A stretch of 64,000 nucleotides of DNA from Actinomycetota bacterium (GTDB lineage: Bacteria > Actinomycetota > Acidimicrobiia > Acidimicrobiales > JAMCPD01). The stretch is taken from NCBI GenBank assembly GCA_023379935.1, contig JAMCPD010000025.1, positions 13,427-77,426 on the forward strand, given 5' to 3'. The notes beneath the pieces are model-generated. The model was not told where the DNA came from and did no database searches. It was given only the letters and a program-made list of their open reading frames with translations. The position numbers were made by a program, and so were the translations under genes. Positions 17,225-25,837 of this stretch are shown here, one piece after another (the stretch's first letter is position 1; every line of letters starts with the position of its first letter).

Positions 17225-18291
17225 TGGCTAATGGGTTGTGGAGGGGTGTAATAGAGGAGTATCGGGAGTTTCTGCCCGTAAGTTCTGATACCCCGGTGGT
17301 GACACTGCTTGAAGGCAATACACCCCTTATTGAAGCCTTCCGGCTTTCCGAGTTGGTTGAGGCGGAAGTGTTTTTGAAGTTTGAAGGACTTAATCCTACA
17401 GGTTCATTCAAGGACAGAGGTATGACCATGGCAATATCAAAAGCTGCCGAAGAAGGCGCAAAAGCAGTGGTATGCGCTTCAACAGGCAACACCTCTGCTT
17501 CGGCTGCCGCCTATGCTGCAAGGGCCGGGATTGGTTGTGTTGTGTTGATACCCCAAGGGCATATAGCACTTGGTAAACTTGCACAGGCTCTGGTACATGG
17601 GGCAACGGTACTACAAATCCGAGGTAATTTTGATCAGGCTTTGACAATCGTTAGAGAGCTGGCTGAAGTCGGGACAGTCAAGATCGTCAACTCAATCAAC
17701 CCTTACAGAATCGAGGGACAAAAAACCGGTGCTTTTGAAATTATTGATACATTGGGGGATGCGCCGGATTATCAGTTTATACCTGTTGGTAATGCCGGCA
17801 ACATAACGGCATATTGGAAGGGATATTGTGAATACAAGACAAACAAGAGGTCAACCAAGTTACCAAAAATGATGGGATTTCAAGCCGAAGGGGCGGCACC
17901 AATAGTATTAGGTCATCCAGTCGAGAACCCTGAAACTGTTGCAACTGCTATACGTATCGGTAATCCCGCTTCCTGGTATGCGGCTACAGCGGCAGCTTCG
18001 GAGTCCGGTGGGGCGATAATGGCGGTAAGCGATGAAGAGATACTTAGTGCTTGGCGATTCTTGGCGACCAAAGAGTCGGTATTTTGTGAAGCAGCCTCGG
18101 CGGCATCTGTTGCGGGATTGTTGAAAGTTGCGCGCGAAGGTGGAGGTGATACCACTCTCAAAGGATCGCACATTGTATGTATTCTTACCGGACATGGTCT
18201 CAAAGATCCAGATTTGGCGATAAGCAATATATCTGTTCCTGTTGTGGTTGAACCTGAGTTGAGTGCTGTTTTGAAGGAGATGGATTTATAG
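17224..18291 (+). CDS. thrC: Threonine synthase
   Basis: PLP-lysine motif [12 protein letters not shown] and [14 protein letters not shown]. The GTG start overlaps the hom stop by 1 nt. Confidence 0.92.
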   Translation: MANGLWRGVIEEYREFLPVSSDTPVVTLLEGNTPLIEAFRLSELVEAEVFLKFEGLNPTGSFKDRGMTMAISKAAEEGAKAVVCASTGNTSASAAAYAARAGIGCVVLIPQGHIALGKLAQALVHGATVLQIRGNFDQALTIVRELAEVGTVKIVNSINPYRIEGQKTGAFEIIDTLGDAPDYQFIPVGNAGNITAYWKGYCEYKTNKRSTKLPKMMGFQAEGAAPIVLGHPVENPETVATAIRIGNPASWYAATAAASESGGAIMAVSDEEILSAWRFLATKESVFCEAASAASVAGLLKVAREGGGDTTLKGSHIVCILTGHGLKDPDLAISNISVPVVVEPELSAVLKEMDL

Positions 18292-18503
18292 GTGTCTTTA
18301 GAAAATAGAACTTAGTGTTGTATCATCTGCTATTTCTTACCGGTGAAGATCATCGTGGGACCTTGTTTTACCGTTGAGTTTGGAAACGGAAACTGCAATC
18401 GGCAAATACTCGAGCGGTCTTTGTCCGTATGAAGTTGATTTTCTATAGTTCAATATTTTTGCTGTGTGAAGTGAACGACAGAGGTGGGAAGAGCTGGTGT
18501 TTG

Positions 18504-18587
18504 TGCCCAGAGCGGGAGTCGAACCCGCATGCCCTTGCGGGCAACGGATTTTGAGTCCGCCGCGTCTACCTGTTCCGCCATCCGGGC
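18504..18587 (-). tRNA. tRNA-Leu (anticodon CAA), class II long variable arm, CCA not encoded
   Basis: Reverse complement is GCCCGGATGGCGGAACAGGTAGACGCGGCGGACTCAAAATCCGTTGCCCGCAAGGGCATGCGGGTTCGACTCCCGCTCTGGGCA. Anticodon loop CTCAAAA, variable stem GCCC/GGGC, T-arm GCGGG-TTCGACT-CCCGC. Confidence 0.9.
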
Positions 18588-18788
18588 CACTTTATGTCAG
18601 AATGCCATAGCACATATCAGGTAAGTATCATACTATACAAAAATGTTAACTCTATTCACTGTATCGCGCAATGGCTGTGATATATTAAAAGGCGTGGCTA
18701 TAATGATATGGAAATGAAACCACATAGCCATTATAGCAATTCGCACAGTTGGAACAGTTGATAAAACTTAATTGTAACCGGCCATAGT

Positions 18789-21785
18789 ATGCAGTACAAT
18801 GTGAACAGGCAAACCCCGCAGGTTCCTTCGGGGTTTGTTGGCATTCACTTAGCAGAGGCTGCCATCTTGGGAGATTTGACACTTATTGCCGAGGTGGTGG
18901 GGTGGTTTGTTCCTTTTGGCCAAATACTCCAAGCATTAGCAGTGGTACCCCTATGTGTTCTTTCATACAGGAGGGGTATAAGAGTTACATTGTTGGCGAC
19001 ACTTGGGGTGACTATACTTTCCTTTATAGTGGGGAGCGTCACCTTGGCTTTACAGACTGTAGTAATTGGATTAGTCGGTATTTCAGTCGGTATATCCTTG
19101 TATAAACGCTCAGGTAAGGCTAAGTCTGCTTTGGCAGTGGTTGTTACGGCAGGGTTACCGCTTTGTATCGCCACAATTGTATTTTTGAATATTTTTTCGG
19201 CTTTACGACATTTGGCATTTCAAAATGTCATTGTACTGTGGAGGCCAATTAAAGATCTGCTGGTTTACTTAGGTTATCAAAGGCTTGCCGCAGTGTCGAA
19301 TACGGGTCTCAACTGGATAGTTGTACACTGGTGGTTTGCATTCCCCGTGGCGGAAGTGCTGGCTGTTTTGTTGATAGGGTTATTTGCTGCCATATTATCC
19401 CGATATGTGCTTTCTTTCCTCTCATGGCCAACGGTGCCTAAATCCCCCAAACCAGCAGAACTGCCCGATGTTCCTTCTCAGCTGATAGAACCTGTCCCCG
19501 TCCGCTTGGATAACGTGTTTTATAGGTATCCAAACTCTGTTCACTATGCCTTACATGATCTAACGGTTTCTATCCCCAAAGGTGGATTTGTGGAGGTGAT
19601 AGGTGATAATGGATCAGGCAAATCCACATTGATTCGTATTTTGGCAGGCTGGGAGGCAATACAAGGTAGTATAAAGCGTCCTGGAGCTGTTGGGCTTGGT
19701 AAACCCGGCGGAACAAGTATGATTTTTCAACGTCCCGAAAGCCAGGTGCTTGGCGCCAGAGTACGTGATGACTTGCTTTGGGGGCTTTCACCCTCACTGT
19801 CTTTAAACGAAAGTTATGTGGAGAATATTTTGGCGAAAGTTGGTCTTGCCGGTATGGCGCAAAAGGAAACCTCGTCGCTTTCCGGCGGTCAGTTACAACG
19901 TTTAGCCATTGCGTCAGCTTTAATTCGGGGTCCAAAGTTGTTAATTTCAGATGAGTCAACCTCCATGCTGGATAACCAGGGAAGACAACAGTTGTTAGAC
20001 CTGTTCAAACAGTTGGGCAAGGAAGGGCTTTGTATAGTACATGCGACCCAAACATTGCAAGAAGCAGCTTGTGCGGATCAACTGATAGCTTTAAAATATG
20101 GGTGTCTTATAGATTCCGCCGCTTATTTAGATGACAGTTTAAACACTGGTCTGTCAACCGACCTACCGCCTTTGTCAACTACTGATACTTTCTCTCCCAA
20201 TGTCCCGCCTCCAACCAACGACATACTGTTGAGACTTCAATCTGTCAGCTATGTGTACAGCCCCAATTCTCCTTGGGCAAATACAGCATTGAACGGAATT
20301 GATCTGGAAATATCAAAGGGTGAGTGTGTAGTAATCAACGGAGCAAACGGGTCGGGTAAGTCTACTCTTGCTTGGCTGATCGCGGGTTTGTTGGTGCCTA
20401 CTCAAGGGGAGGCGACCTTTTGCGGTCGCCCTCTGTACCAACAAGTAGGCAGCATAGGCCTGGCTTTTCAACACTCTCGTCTTCAGCTGTTCAGACCTAC
20501 CGTTGGAGCTTGTGTGGGGAGAAGTTTGAGATTGTCAAAAGAACAGCTGCAGGCTGCCTTAAGTACGGTGGGGCTTGATCCGAAGCAGTTTATCGGACGC
20601 AAAGTAAGCGAGCTTTCAGGCGGAGAGCAACGTAAGGCGGCCCTGGCTTGCGTGTTGGTCCGCCAACCGCGGGTAGTCGTGTTGGATGAACCGTTTTCAG
20701 CGTTGGACGCGAAGTCCGCTGCTGCTTTGTTCAAAACACTTTTGTATCTGAAGAACTCTTTGGGTGTTAGCATAGTGATTGTATCCCATGACGCGGACTG
20801 GTTGGATGGACTTTGCGATCGTGTCTTGACTATGGCAGATGGGCAGTTTGTATCCTCTTGTGTATTCAAAACACCCCTTGCATCCGAAAACGCAGCACCG
20901 ATGATTACTCCTTCCGGCGATACGGGAGTTTCAAAAAATTCACCCGTACCAAACAACCCGGGCAATAAGGGTTTTATAAGGTTTTTCAAAACGATTGCTT
21001 TTAGGTACAAACATAAACCTCCTCGGCCCTTAGAAATAAATCTGTTCAGGTACGTACCAAAAGACAGCGCAGTACATCGGTTGGACACCAAGGTTAAGCT
21101 TTTGGCTGTTATGCTGCTTACGATTGCGGTAGTTTTTTATCCTACTTGGATTAGTGTTTCTCTGTTGGGCGTTTTGCTGTTAATTGTCTGGCTCTCAGCA
21201 GACTTAGGTAAGGGGGTGTTACCCAGATTGCCTGGATGGATCTGGGGTTTGTTGGTTATTGCGGGGTTAATATCGGTAGTGTCAGGCGGAAAACCGTATA
21301 TACATTTATATATGCTGCATCTAGCAGGTATTTCAATTGGCTTGGGAGGCTTTCTTACTTGGGCGCGCTTTGTGGTGTTGGGGATCGAACTGTTGTTTGT
21401 TGCCTTCTTGTTGGGTTGGACTACTCCTGTGGCTGATTTGCCGGGGGCGATTCAAACTCTGTTGTTTCCTGTTTATCAGTTAAGAATCAACAGATCAAAA
21501 CTTTTTCTACAGGCACTTGTGGTATGTATAGCCTTACAAGTAAGGTGCCTGCCTCTTTTGGCGGATGAGTTTAGGATACTTTATGCCGCCTATAGGCTGG
21601 ATAGGTCATCGCCGGGGTTGGGGGTTTCAAACAAGAAAGATACGATGGTATCGAGAGGCAAAAAAGACATCAAGAGGGACATTATGACCTCAGATGACTT
21701 GATTGGTCTGATGGCTACTGTACTGGCCAGCGCCTTGAGGCGCGCCGAGGAGATGGGGGATGCTATGGTGGCGCGAGGTGTGTAA
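18789..21785 (+). CDS. Single-polypeptide ECF-type ABC transporter: N-terminal membrane domain, two EcfA-like ATPase domains and a C-terminal EcfT/CbiQ-like domain
   Basis: 998-aa uninterrupted ORF. Walker A GDNGSGKST and GANGSGKST. Signatures LSGGQLQR and LSGGEQRK. Walker B LLISDEST and VVVLDEPF. The C-terminal ~240 aa start with DSAVHRLDTKVKLL and end with ALRRAEEMGDAMVARG, which is EcfT-like. The exact start is uncertain. Confidence 0.8.
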   Translation: MQYNVNRQTPQVPSGFVGIHLAEAAILGDLTLIAEVVGWFVPFGQILQALAVVPLCVLSYRRGIRVTLLATLGVTILSFIVGSVTLALQTVVIGLVGISVGISLYKRSGKAKSALAVVVTAGLPLCIATIVFLNIFSALRHLAFQNVIVLWRPIKDLLVYLGYQRLAAVSNTGLNWIVVHWWFAFPVAEVLAVLLIGLFAAILSRYVLSFLSWPTVPKSPKPAELPDVPSQLIEPVPVRLDNVFYRYPNSVHYALHDLTVSIPKGGFVEVIGDNGSGKSTLIRILAGWEAIQGSIKRPGAVGLGKPGGTSMIFQRPESQVLGARVRDDLLWGLSPSLSLNESYVENILAKVGLAGMAQKETSSLSGGQLQRLAIASALIRGPKLLISDESTSMLDNQGRQQLLDLFKQLGKEGLCIVHATQTLQEAACADQLIALKYGCLIDSAAYLDDSLNTGLSTDLPPLSTTDTFSPNVPPPTNDILLRLQSVSYVYSPNSPWANTALNGIDLEISKGECVVINGANGSGKSTLAWLIAGLLVPTQGEATFCGRPLYQQVGSIGLAFQHSRLQLFRPTVGACVGRSLRLSKEQLQAALSTVGLDPKQFIGRKVSELSGGEQRKAALACVLVRQPRVVVLDEPFSALDAKSAAALFKTLLYLKNSLGVSIVIVSHDADWLDGLCDRVLTMADGQFVSSCVFKTPLASENAAPMITPSGDTGVSKNSPVPNNPGNKGFIRFFKTIAFRYKHKPPRPLEINLFRYVPKDSAVHRLDTKVKLLAVMLLTIAVVFYPTWISVSLLGVLLLIVWLSADLGKGVLPRLPGWIWGLLVIAGLISVVSGGKPYIHLYMLHLAGISIGLGGFLTWARFVVLGIELLFVAFLLGWTTPVADLPGAIQTLLFPVYQLRINRSKLFLQALVVCIALQVRCLPLLADEFRILYAAYRLDRSSPGLGVSNKKDTMVSRGKKDIKRDIMTSDDLIGLMATVLASALRRAEEMGDAMVARGV

Positions 21786-21839
21786 GTTGATTCGGTTATT
21801 CGGTTGTCCGCGGTATACACTGATTAAGGTGCAAGGTGG

Positions 21840-22163
21840 ATGAGTACGAAGTTTGGTTCAAGGTTGAATCGCTATTTGATAGAACGTCGTTTGACCCGTG
21901 TGCGTAACAGTTTGGAGCGCTTGAAGTCCGAGTTACTTGTGGTAAATGAACAACTTGTAGTTTTTGATGATATCGAGCAAGATACCCGCATTGATGCAGT
22001 TGTTTTAGATGCTCCATTACCGAAGCATGAGTTTGATGAGGCAAGCCGTTCAATGAAAGCGATGGCTTTGAGTAGGGACCGTATTATTGCTGAAATTGGT
22101 CATCTTGAAAAAAAACAGGATGAACTGTTCAAGCAGTGGTCATCCCAAGCTAAATTCGACTAA
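21840..22163 (+). CDS. Hypothetical protein, predicted coiled coil
   Basis: 107-aa ORF with a heptad-like charged sequence (LERLKSELLVVNEQLVVFDD, LEKKQDELFKQW). Ends 11 nt before the ANTAR regulator. Confidence 0.45.
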   Translation: MSTKFGSRLNRYLIERRLTRVRNSLERLKSELLVVNEQLVVFDDIEQDTRIDAVVLDAPLPKHEFDEASRSMKAMALSRDRIIAEIGHLEKKQDELFKQWSSQAKFD

Positions 22164-22174
22164 TCTATTTTAAA

Positions 22175-22801
22175 ATGCCAATACGTGTAGTAATTGCTGA
22201 AGATGAAGCCATTATTCGACTTGATCTAAAAGAGACCCTCCAAGAAGAGGGTTATGATGTGATAGCTGAAGCCACCAGGGGTGATGAAGCGGTTAAACTT
22301 GTATGTGAGTTAAAACCGGACTTAGTTATTGTAGATATCAAAATGCCTGTTATGGATGGCTTACAAGCAGCTAAAGAGATAGCCTCCTGTTGCCCTGTAG
22401 CTTTAGTGGTTCTGACTGCTTTGAGTCAAAGGAATCTTATTGAACAGGCAAGGGATGCTGGTGCTTTGGCTTATCTGGTTAAGCCTTTCAGAAAACTTGA
22501 ACTGACGGCTGCCATAGAGCTTGCCTTAGCGCGATTCAATGAAATGCGCGCCTTGGAAGAGGAGTTTGAGCGACTGGATCAGGACCACCGTTACCTAAGC
22601 GAAAAGCTGGAAATTCGGAAGGTCTTAGATCGCGCCAAAGGCAAACTTATGGATATCTATTCCATGACTGAGTCTCAAGCGTTTTCTTTTATACAACGTT
22701 ACGCAATGGACAACAGAACATCCATCAAAGAAGTAGCACACCAAGTAGTTGACGGTGGTTTAGCACCACCAAGCGCAAGCCTACCTGGCTCTCCAAACTA
22801 A
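22175..22801 (+). CDS. pdtaR: Response regulator with ANTAR RNA-binding output domain (PdtaR-like)
   Basis: REC domain (VVIAEDEAIIRLDL, LVIVDIKMPVMDG, LVKPF). ANTAR domain (RKVLDRAKGKLMDIYSMTESQAFSFIQRYAMDNRTSIKEVA). The position upstream of polA mirrors mycobacterial pdtaR, and the symbol is assigned by that analogy. Confidence 0.75.
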   Translation: MPIRVVIAEDEAIIRLDLKETLQEEGYDVIAEATRGDEAVKLVCELKPDLVIVDIKMPVMDGLQAAKEIASCCPVALVVLTALSQRNLIEQARDAGALAYLVKPFRKLELTAAIELALARFNEMRALEEEFERLDQDHRYLSEKLEIRKVLDRAKGKLMDIYSMTESQAFSFIQRYAMDNRTSIKEVAHQVVDGGLAPPSASLPGSPN

Positions 22802-22810
22802 ACTTCCATT

Positions 22811-25657
22811 ATGTCAACCGTTTATATATTAGATGGCAGTTCCTTATTCTATAGGGCTTATTATGCTCTTTTGCAATCACAGTTGTCCACTGCCTCGGGC
22901 CAGCCCACTTGGGCACTGGTCGGGTTTTTCAATATGCTTGGATTACTGCTAAAACGGCAACCAATAGACAGTTTGGTTATAGCTTTTGATCGTCCTGAAC
23001 CTACTTTTCGAGATACCATGGTTTCCGACTATAAAGCTGGCCGCCCAGAAACTCCTCAGGATTTAATTGAGCAACTTGTACTGTTACGCCAGATCGTTGA
23101 GGAGCTTGGTATAGCTTTCTTGGAATGTGTGGGTTATGAAGCCGATGATATTATTGCTACAGTTGTCGCCAAGGCTAAAAGCTCCAATTGGGAATCGGTA
23201 GTTGTTACAGGCGACAGAGACTGCTTTCAGTTGATAACGGATCAGAATCCTTCTGTAAAGGTACTTTATCCGTCTAAGGGTGTAAGCGATTATGCAATGT
23301 TGGATGAACAAGGCGTTATAACCAAAACAGGAGTTATCCCAAAGAGCTATCCACTGTTGGCTGCTCTGCGAGGTGATACCTCTGACAACTTACCCGGAGT
23401 ACCGGGAGTCGGAGCGAAAACCGCCGCTAAGTTAGTAAGCGACTATCATAGCCTGGAAGGGATTTATCAATCCTTAAACCGGTTGCCTGCAAAGTTAGGG
23501 ACCAATCTAGCTCTTTGCCAAGATCAAGTTCGGCTTAATTTGGATGCGACTATTTTGGTCAGCGAAGTACCCATAGAGGTAAATTTTGATGATGCACATC
23601 CGCGAAATTGGGATTTAAAAAGAGCCCAACATATATTTAAACAGCTGGAGCTGAACAAACCTTGGGGGCAATTAAACAACGCTTTGATCTCCTATACTGA
23701 TGCCCCAAATACGGGCGGCTCCCATACGGATAGCTCAAATACCGCCGGTTCAAATATAAAGACGGTAAACTTGTCGCTTACCATGCTTTCTATGCCGGAC
23801 CCCGTTGAAACGGATGCTTCACTGCTTCTACAATCTTTATTGTCAAATGCCCATGGTATAGCTTTAGATGTTGCATGGGCATCAGAGCCGGGAAGATCAA
23901 ACATACTTGGCCTAGCTGTTATTCCTTATGTTTTAGAGGATGTAACGGCAGATCCAACCAACTCCCCAATAACTTCTACAAAGTTTCTTGACGCGTTATG
24001 GATTGACAAAGAGTCGTTGGCCAATGAGAAGTTGTGCTGTTGGTTTAAGACTTTTTTTGACAATAATGACGGTAAAACTTTTGTGATTCATGGTGCTAAA
24101 GAGTTTGTCAAGGCTCTTGTAACTGTCTTCACCCCGGGGGTAGCTGACATGATGCCAACGCCTCGCTTGTCTGCTTTATGGATTGATACCGCTGTTGTCA
24201 GTTATTTACTTTTTCAAGGAGACACAGCCGTTCAGATAAGTGAATTGGCTGATCGTTATTTGGAGTACAGGTATGTGATTGATGTGATTGACTCAACCGG
24301 GCATCCACCAACCGGGCATCCACCAACCGGGTCGGAATCAGTCAAGAGGGCGGCATTATGTGCTCTATTGGCACCGTTATTCCAAGATGAGCTGAAAACA
24401 CAGGAGATGGTAAGGTTGTATGAAAATCTGGAGCGTCCTTTGATTGCGGTACTTACGAATATGGAAGTAGTGGGTATAAGGGTTGATACCGAGTATTTGA
24501 AGGAGTTGAACAGTTCTTTCGTCACCCAAGCTAACCAACTTAGGCAGGAAATTCAAGAACTTGCGGGAGAACAGTTCAATATCAATTCCGTGCCTCAGCT
24601 AAGGTATATTCTCTTTGATAAGCTGCACCTTGTTCCCAAAGCCAAGAAAAAGACCGGTTACTCAACTGATGCGGCTACTTTGGAGAGCTTGAGGGGACAG
24701 CATGCCATAGTTGATAAACTATTGGACTATCGGGAAGTTGAAAAACTGCGTTCCACTTATACAACAAGTCTACTTGACAATGTGGCGAAAGACGGTCGCA
24801 TACATGCAACGTTCAACCAAACAGTGGTACGTACGGGGAGAATATCTTCGGATCATCCGAACCTTCATAATATACCGGTGAGAACCGAACGGGGTAAAAA
24901 GTTTCGTGAGGCTTTTATCCCAAGTGAAGGCAGGGGTTTCGTGGTGGCGGACTATGACCAGATAGAGTTAAGAGTTTTAGCGCATCTAAGCCAAGACGAA
25001 GGACTCCTTTCTGCATTTGCCAATAAAACCGATATACATGCTCAGGTTGCATCTAAAGTTTGGGGTGTTCCTATTGCTGAGGTAGATGCATCTTTGCGGA
25101 ATAAGGCCAAGATGATTTCATATGGCCTGGCGTATGGTATGGAGGCGTATGGGCTTTCGCAAAGACTGTCTGCCGATGGGTTGGTTGTTGACACCCGGGA
25201 TGCCGAAGCTATCTTACAAGCTTATTTTCAGGCGTTTCCCAAAATTCGGACCTATATGGATTCAAGTATCACCCAAGCAGAAAAACAAGGGTATACCCAA
25301 ACAATATTTGGGAGACGTAGAAAAATACCGGAGTTGTTCTCTCGCAATCGCAGTATAGCCGGAGCGGCAAAGCGTCAAGCAATGAATGCCGGGATACAAG
25401 GCTCGGCGGCTGACATTTTCAAGCTGGCTTTAGTGCGGATTGAATCAGCTTTATGCAAAGGAGGATATGAGAGTCGTCTGGTACTTCAGGTCCATGATGA
25501 AGTATTGGTTGATACGGTGGAATCTGAGCGTTTGCATATAGAAGAGCTGGTGCGCGACTCAATGGAGCATCCCTTTATTGAATACCCCATTGAGTTTTCG
25601 GTACCGCTGGAAGTCAACATTGCGTGGGGTATGACATGGGGGGAAGCAAAAGGTTGA
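22811..25657 (+). CDS. polA: DNA polymerase I
   Basis: 5' nuclease (GDRDCFQL, HhH LPGVPGVGAKTAAKL). Polymerase motifs A DYDQIELRVLAHLS, B RNKAKMISYGLAYGM and C LQVHDEVLV. Confidence 0.95.
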   Translation: MSTVYILDGSSLFYRAYYALLQSQLSTASGQPTWALVGFFNMLGLLLKRQPIDSLVIAFDRPEPTFRDTMVSDYKAGRPETPQDLIEQLVLLRQIVEELGIAFLECVGYEADDIIATVVAKAKSSNWESVVVTGDRDCFQLITDQNPSVKVLYPSKGVSDYAMLDEQGVITKTGVIPKSYPLLAALRGDTSDNLPGVPGVGAKTAAKLVSDYHSLEGIYQSLNRLPAKLGTNLALCQDQVRLNLDATILVSEVPIEVNFDDAHPRNWDLKRAQHIFKQLELNKPWGQLNNALISYTDAPNTGGSHTDSSNTAGSNIKTVNLSLTMLSMPDPVETDASLLLQSLLSNAHGIALDVAWASEPGRSNILGLAVIPYVLEDVTADPTNSPITSTKFLDALWIDKESLANEKLCCWFKTFFDNNDGKTFVIHGAKEFVKALVTVFTPGVADMMPTPRLSALWIDTAVVSYLLFQGDTAVQISELADRYLEYRYVIDVIDSTGHPPTGHPPTGSESVKRAALCALLAPLFQDELKTQEMVRLYENLERPLIAVLTNMEVVGIRVDTEYLKELNSSFVTQANQLRQEIQELAGEQFNINSVPQLRYILFDKLHLVPKAKKKTGYSTDAATLESLRGQHAIVDKLLDYREVEKLRSTYTTSLLDNVAKDGRIHATFNQTVVRTGRISSDHPNLHNIPVRTERGKKFREAFIPSEGRGFVVADYDQIELRVLAHLSQDEGLLSAFANKTDIHAQVASKVWGVPIAEVDASLRNKAKMISYGLAYGMEAYGLSQRLSADGLVVDTRDAEAILQAYFQAFPKIRTYMDSSITQAEKQGYTQTIFGRRRKIPELFSRNRSIAGAAKRQAMNAGIQGSAADIFKLALVRIESALCKGGYESRLVLQVHDEVLVDTVESERLHIEELVRDSMEHPFIEYPIEFSVPLEVNIAWGMTWGEAKG
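24273..24331 (+). repeat. Two adjacent in-frame tandem duplications in the polA inter-domain linker (9 bp x2, then 15 bp x2.5)
   Basis: atgtgattg x2 (24273-24290, VID-VID) and aaccgggcatccacc x2 plus aaccggg (24295-24331, TGHPPTGHPPTG). All copies are exact. Confidence 0.9.
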
Positions 25658-25665
25658 TTATTTTT

Positions 25666-25694
25666 TTGCATATTAACGGTTTTTGTGTTACTAT
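25666..25694 (+). promoter_or_regulatory. Candidate sigma-70-type promoter for rpsA
   Basis: TTGCAT, a 17-nt spacer, then TACTAT, about 140 nt upstream of the rpsA start. Pattern match only. Confidence 0.3.
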
Positions 25695-25837
25695 ATCTTT
25701 TATACTTTGGGAAAGCTTGCCGTTTGGCGACGATTTCTAAGATATCTTATTATGAAGGTTCAACAGAGTAGTTCTATGGAAACTTTATTAAAACTATTAT
25801 ATGGAGGCTAATTGCATTATCGAAAGCGTATAGGTGA

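Noticed and set aside
18292-18503. 212-bp spacer after thrC, inspected for a thrB remnant, riboswitch or small RNA
   Set aside because: It contains no open frame with kinase motifs and no recognisable conserved RNA motif or strong structure. The absence of thrB here is simply noted, as the gene may lie elsewhere in the genome.
20483-21091. Long antisense ORFs inside well-supported genes. This entry is the 202-aa ORF opposite the ECF gene. Others are 51897-52547 opposite acs, 26351-26836 opposite rpsA, 6175-6618 opposite PFOR, 61467-61955 opposite ppdK and 39417-39824 opposite nuoG.
   Set aside because: Each lies entirely within a gene whose sense-strand product has clear catalytic motifs. 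The translations have no recognisable features, so they are treated as shadow ORFs.
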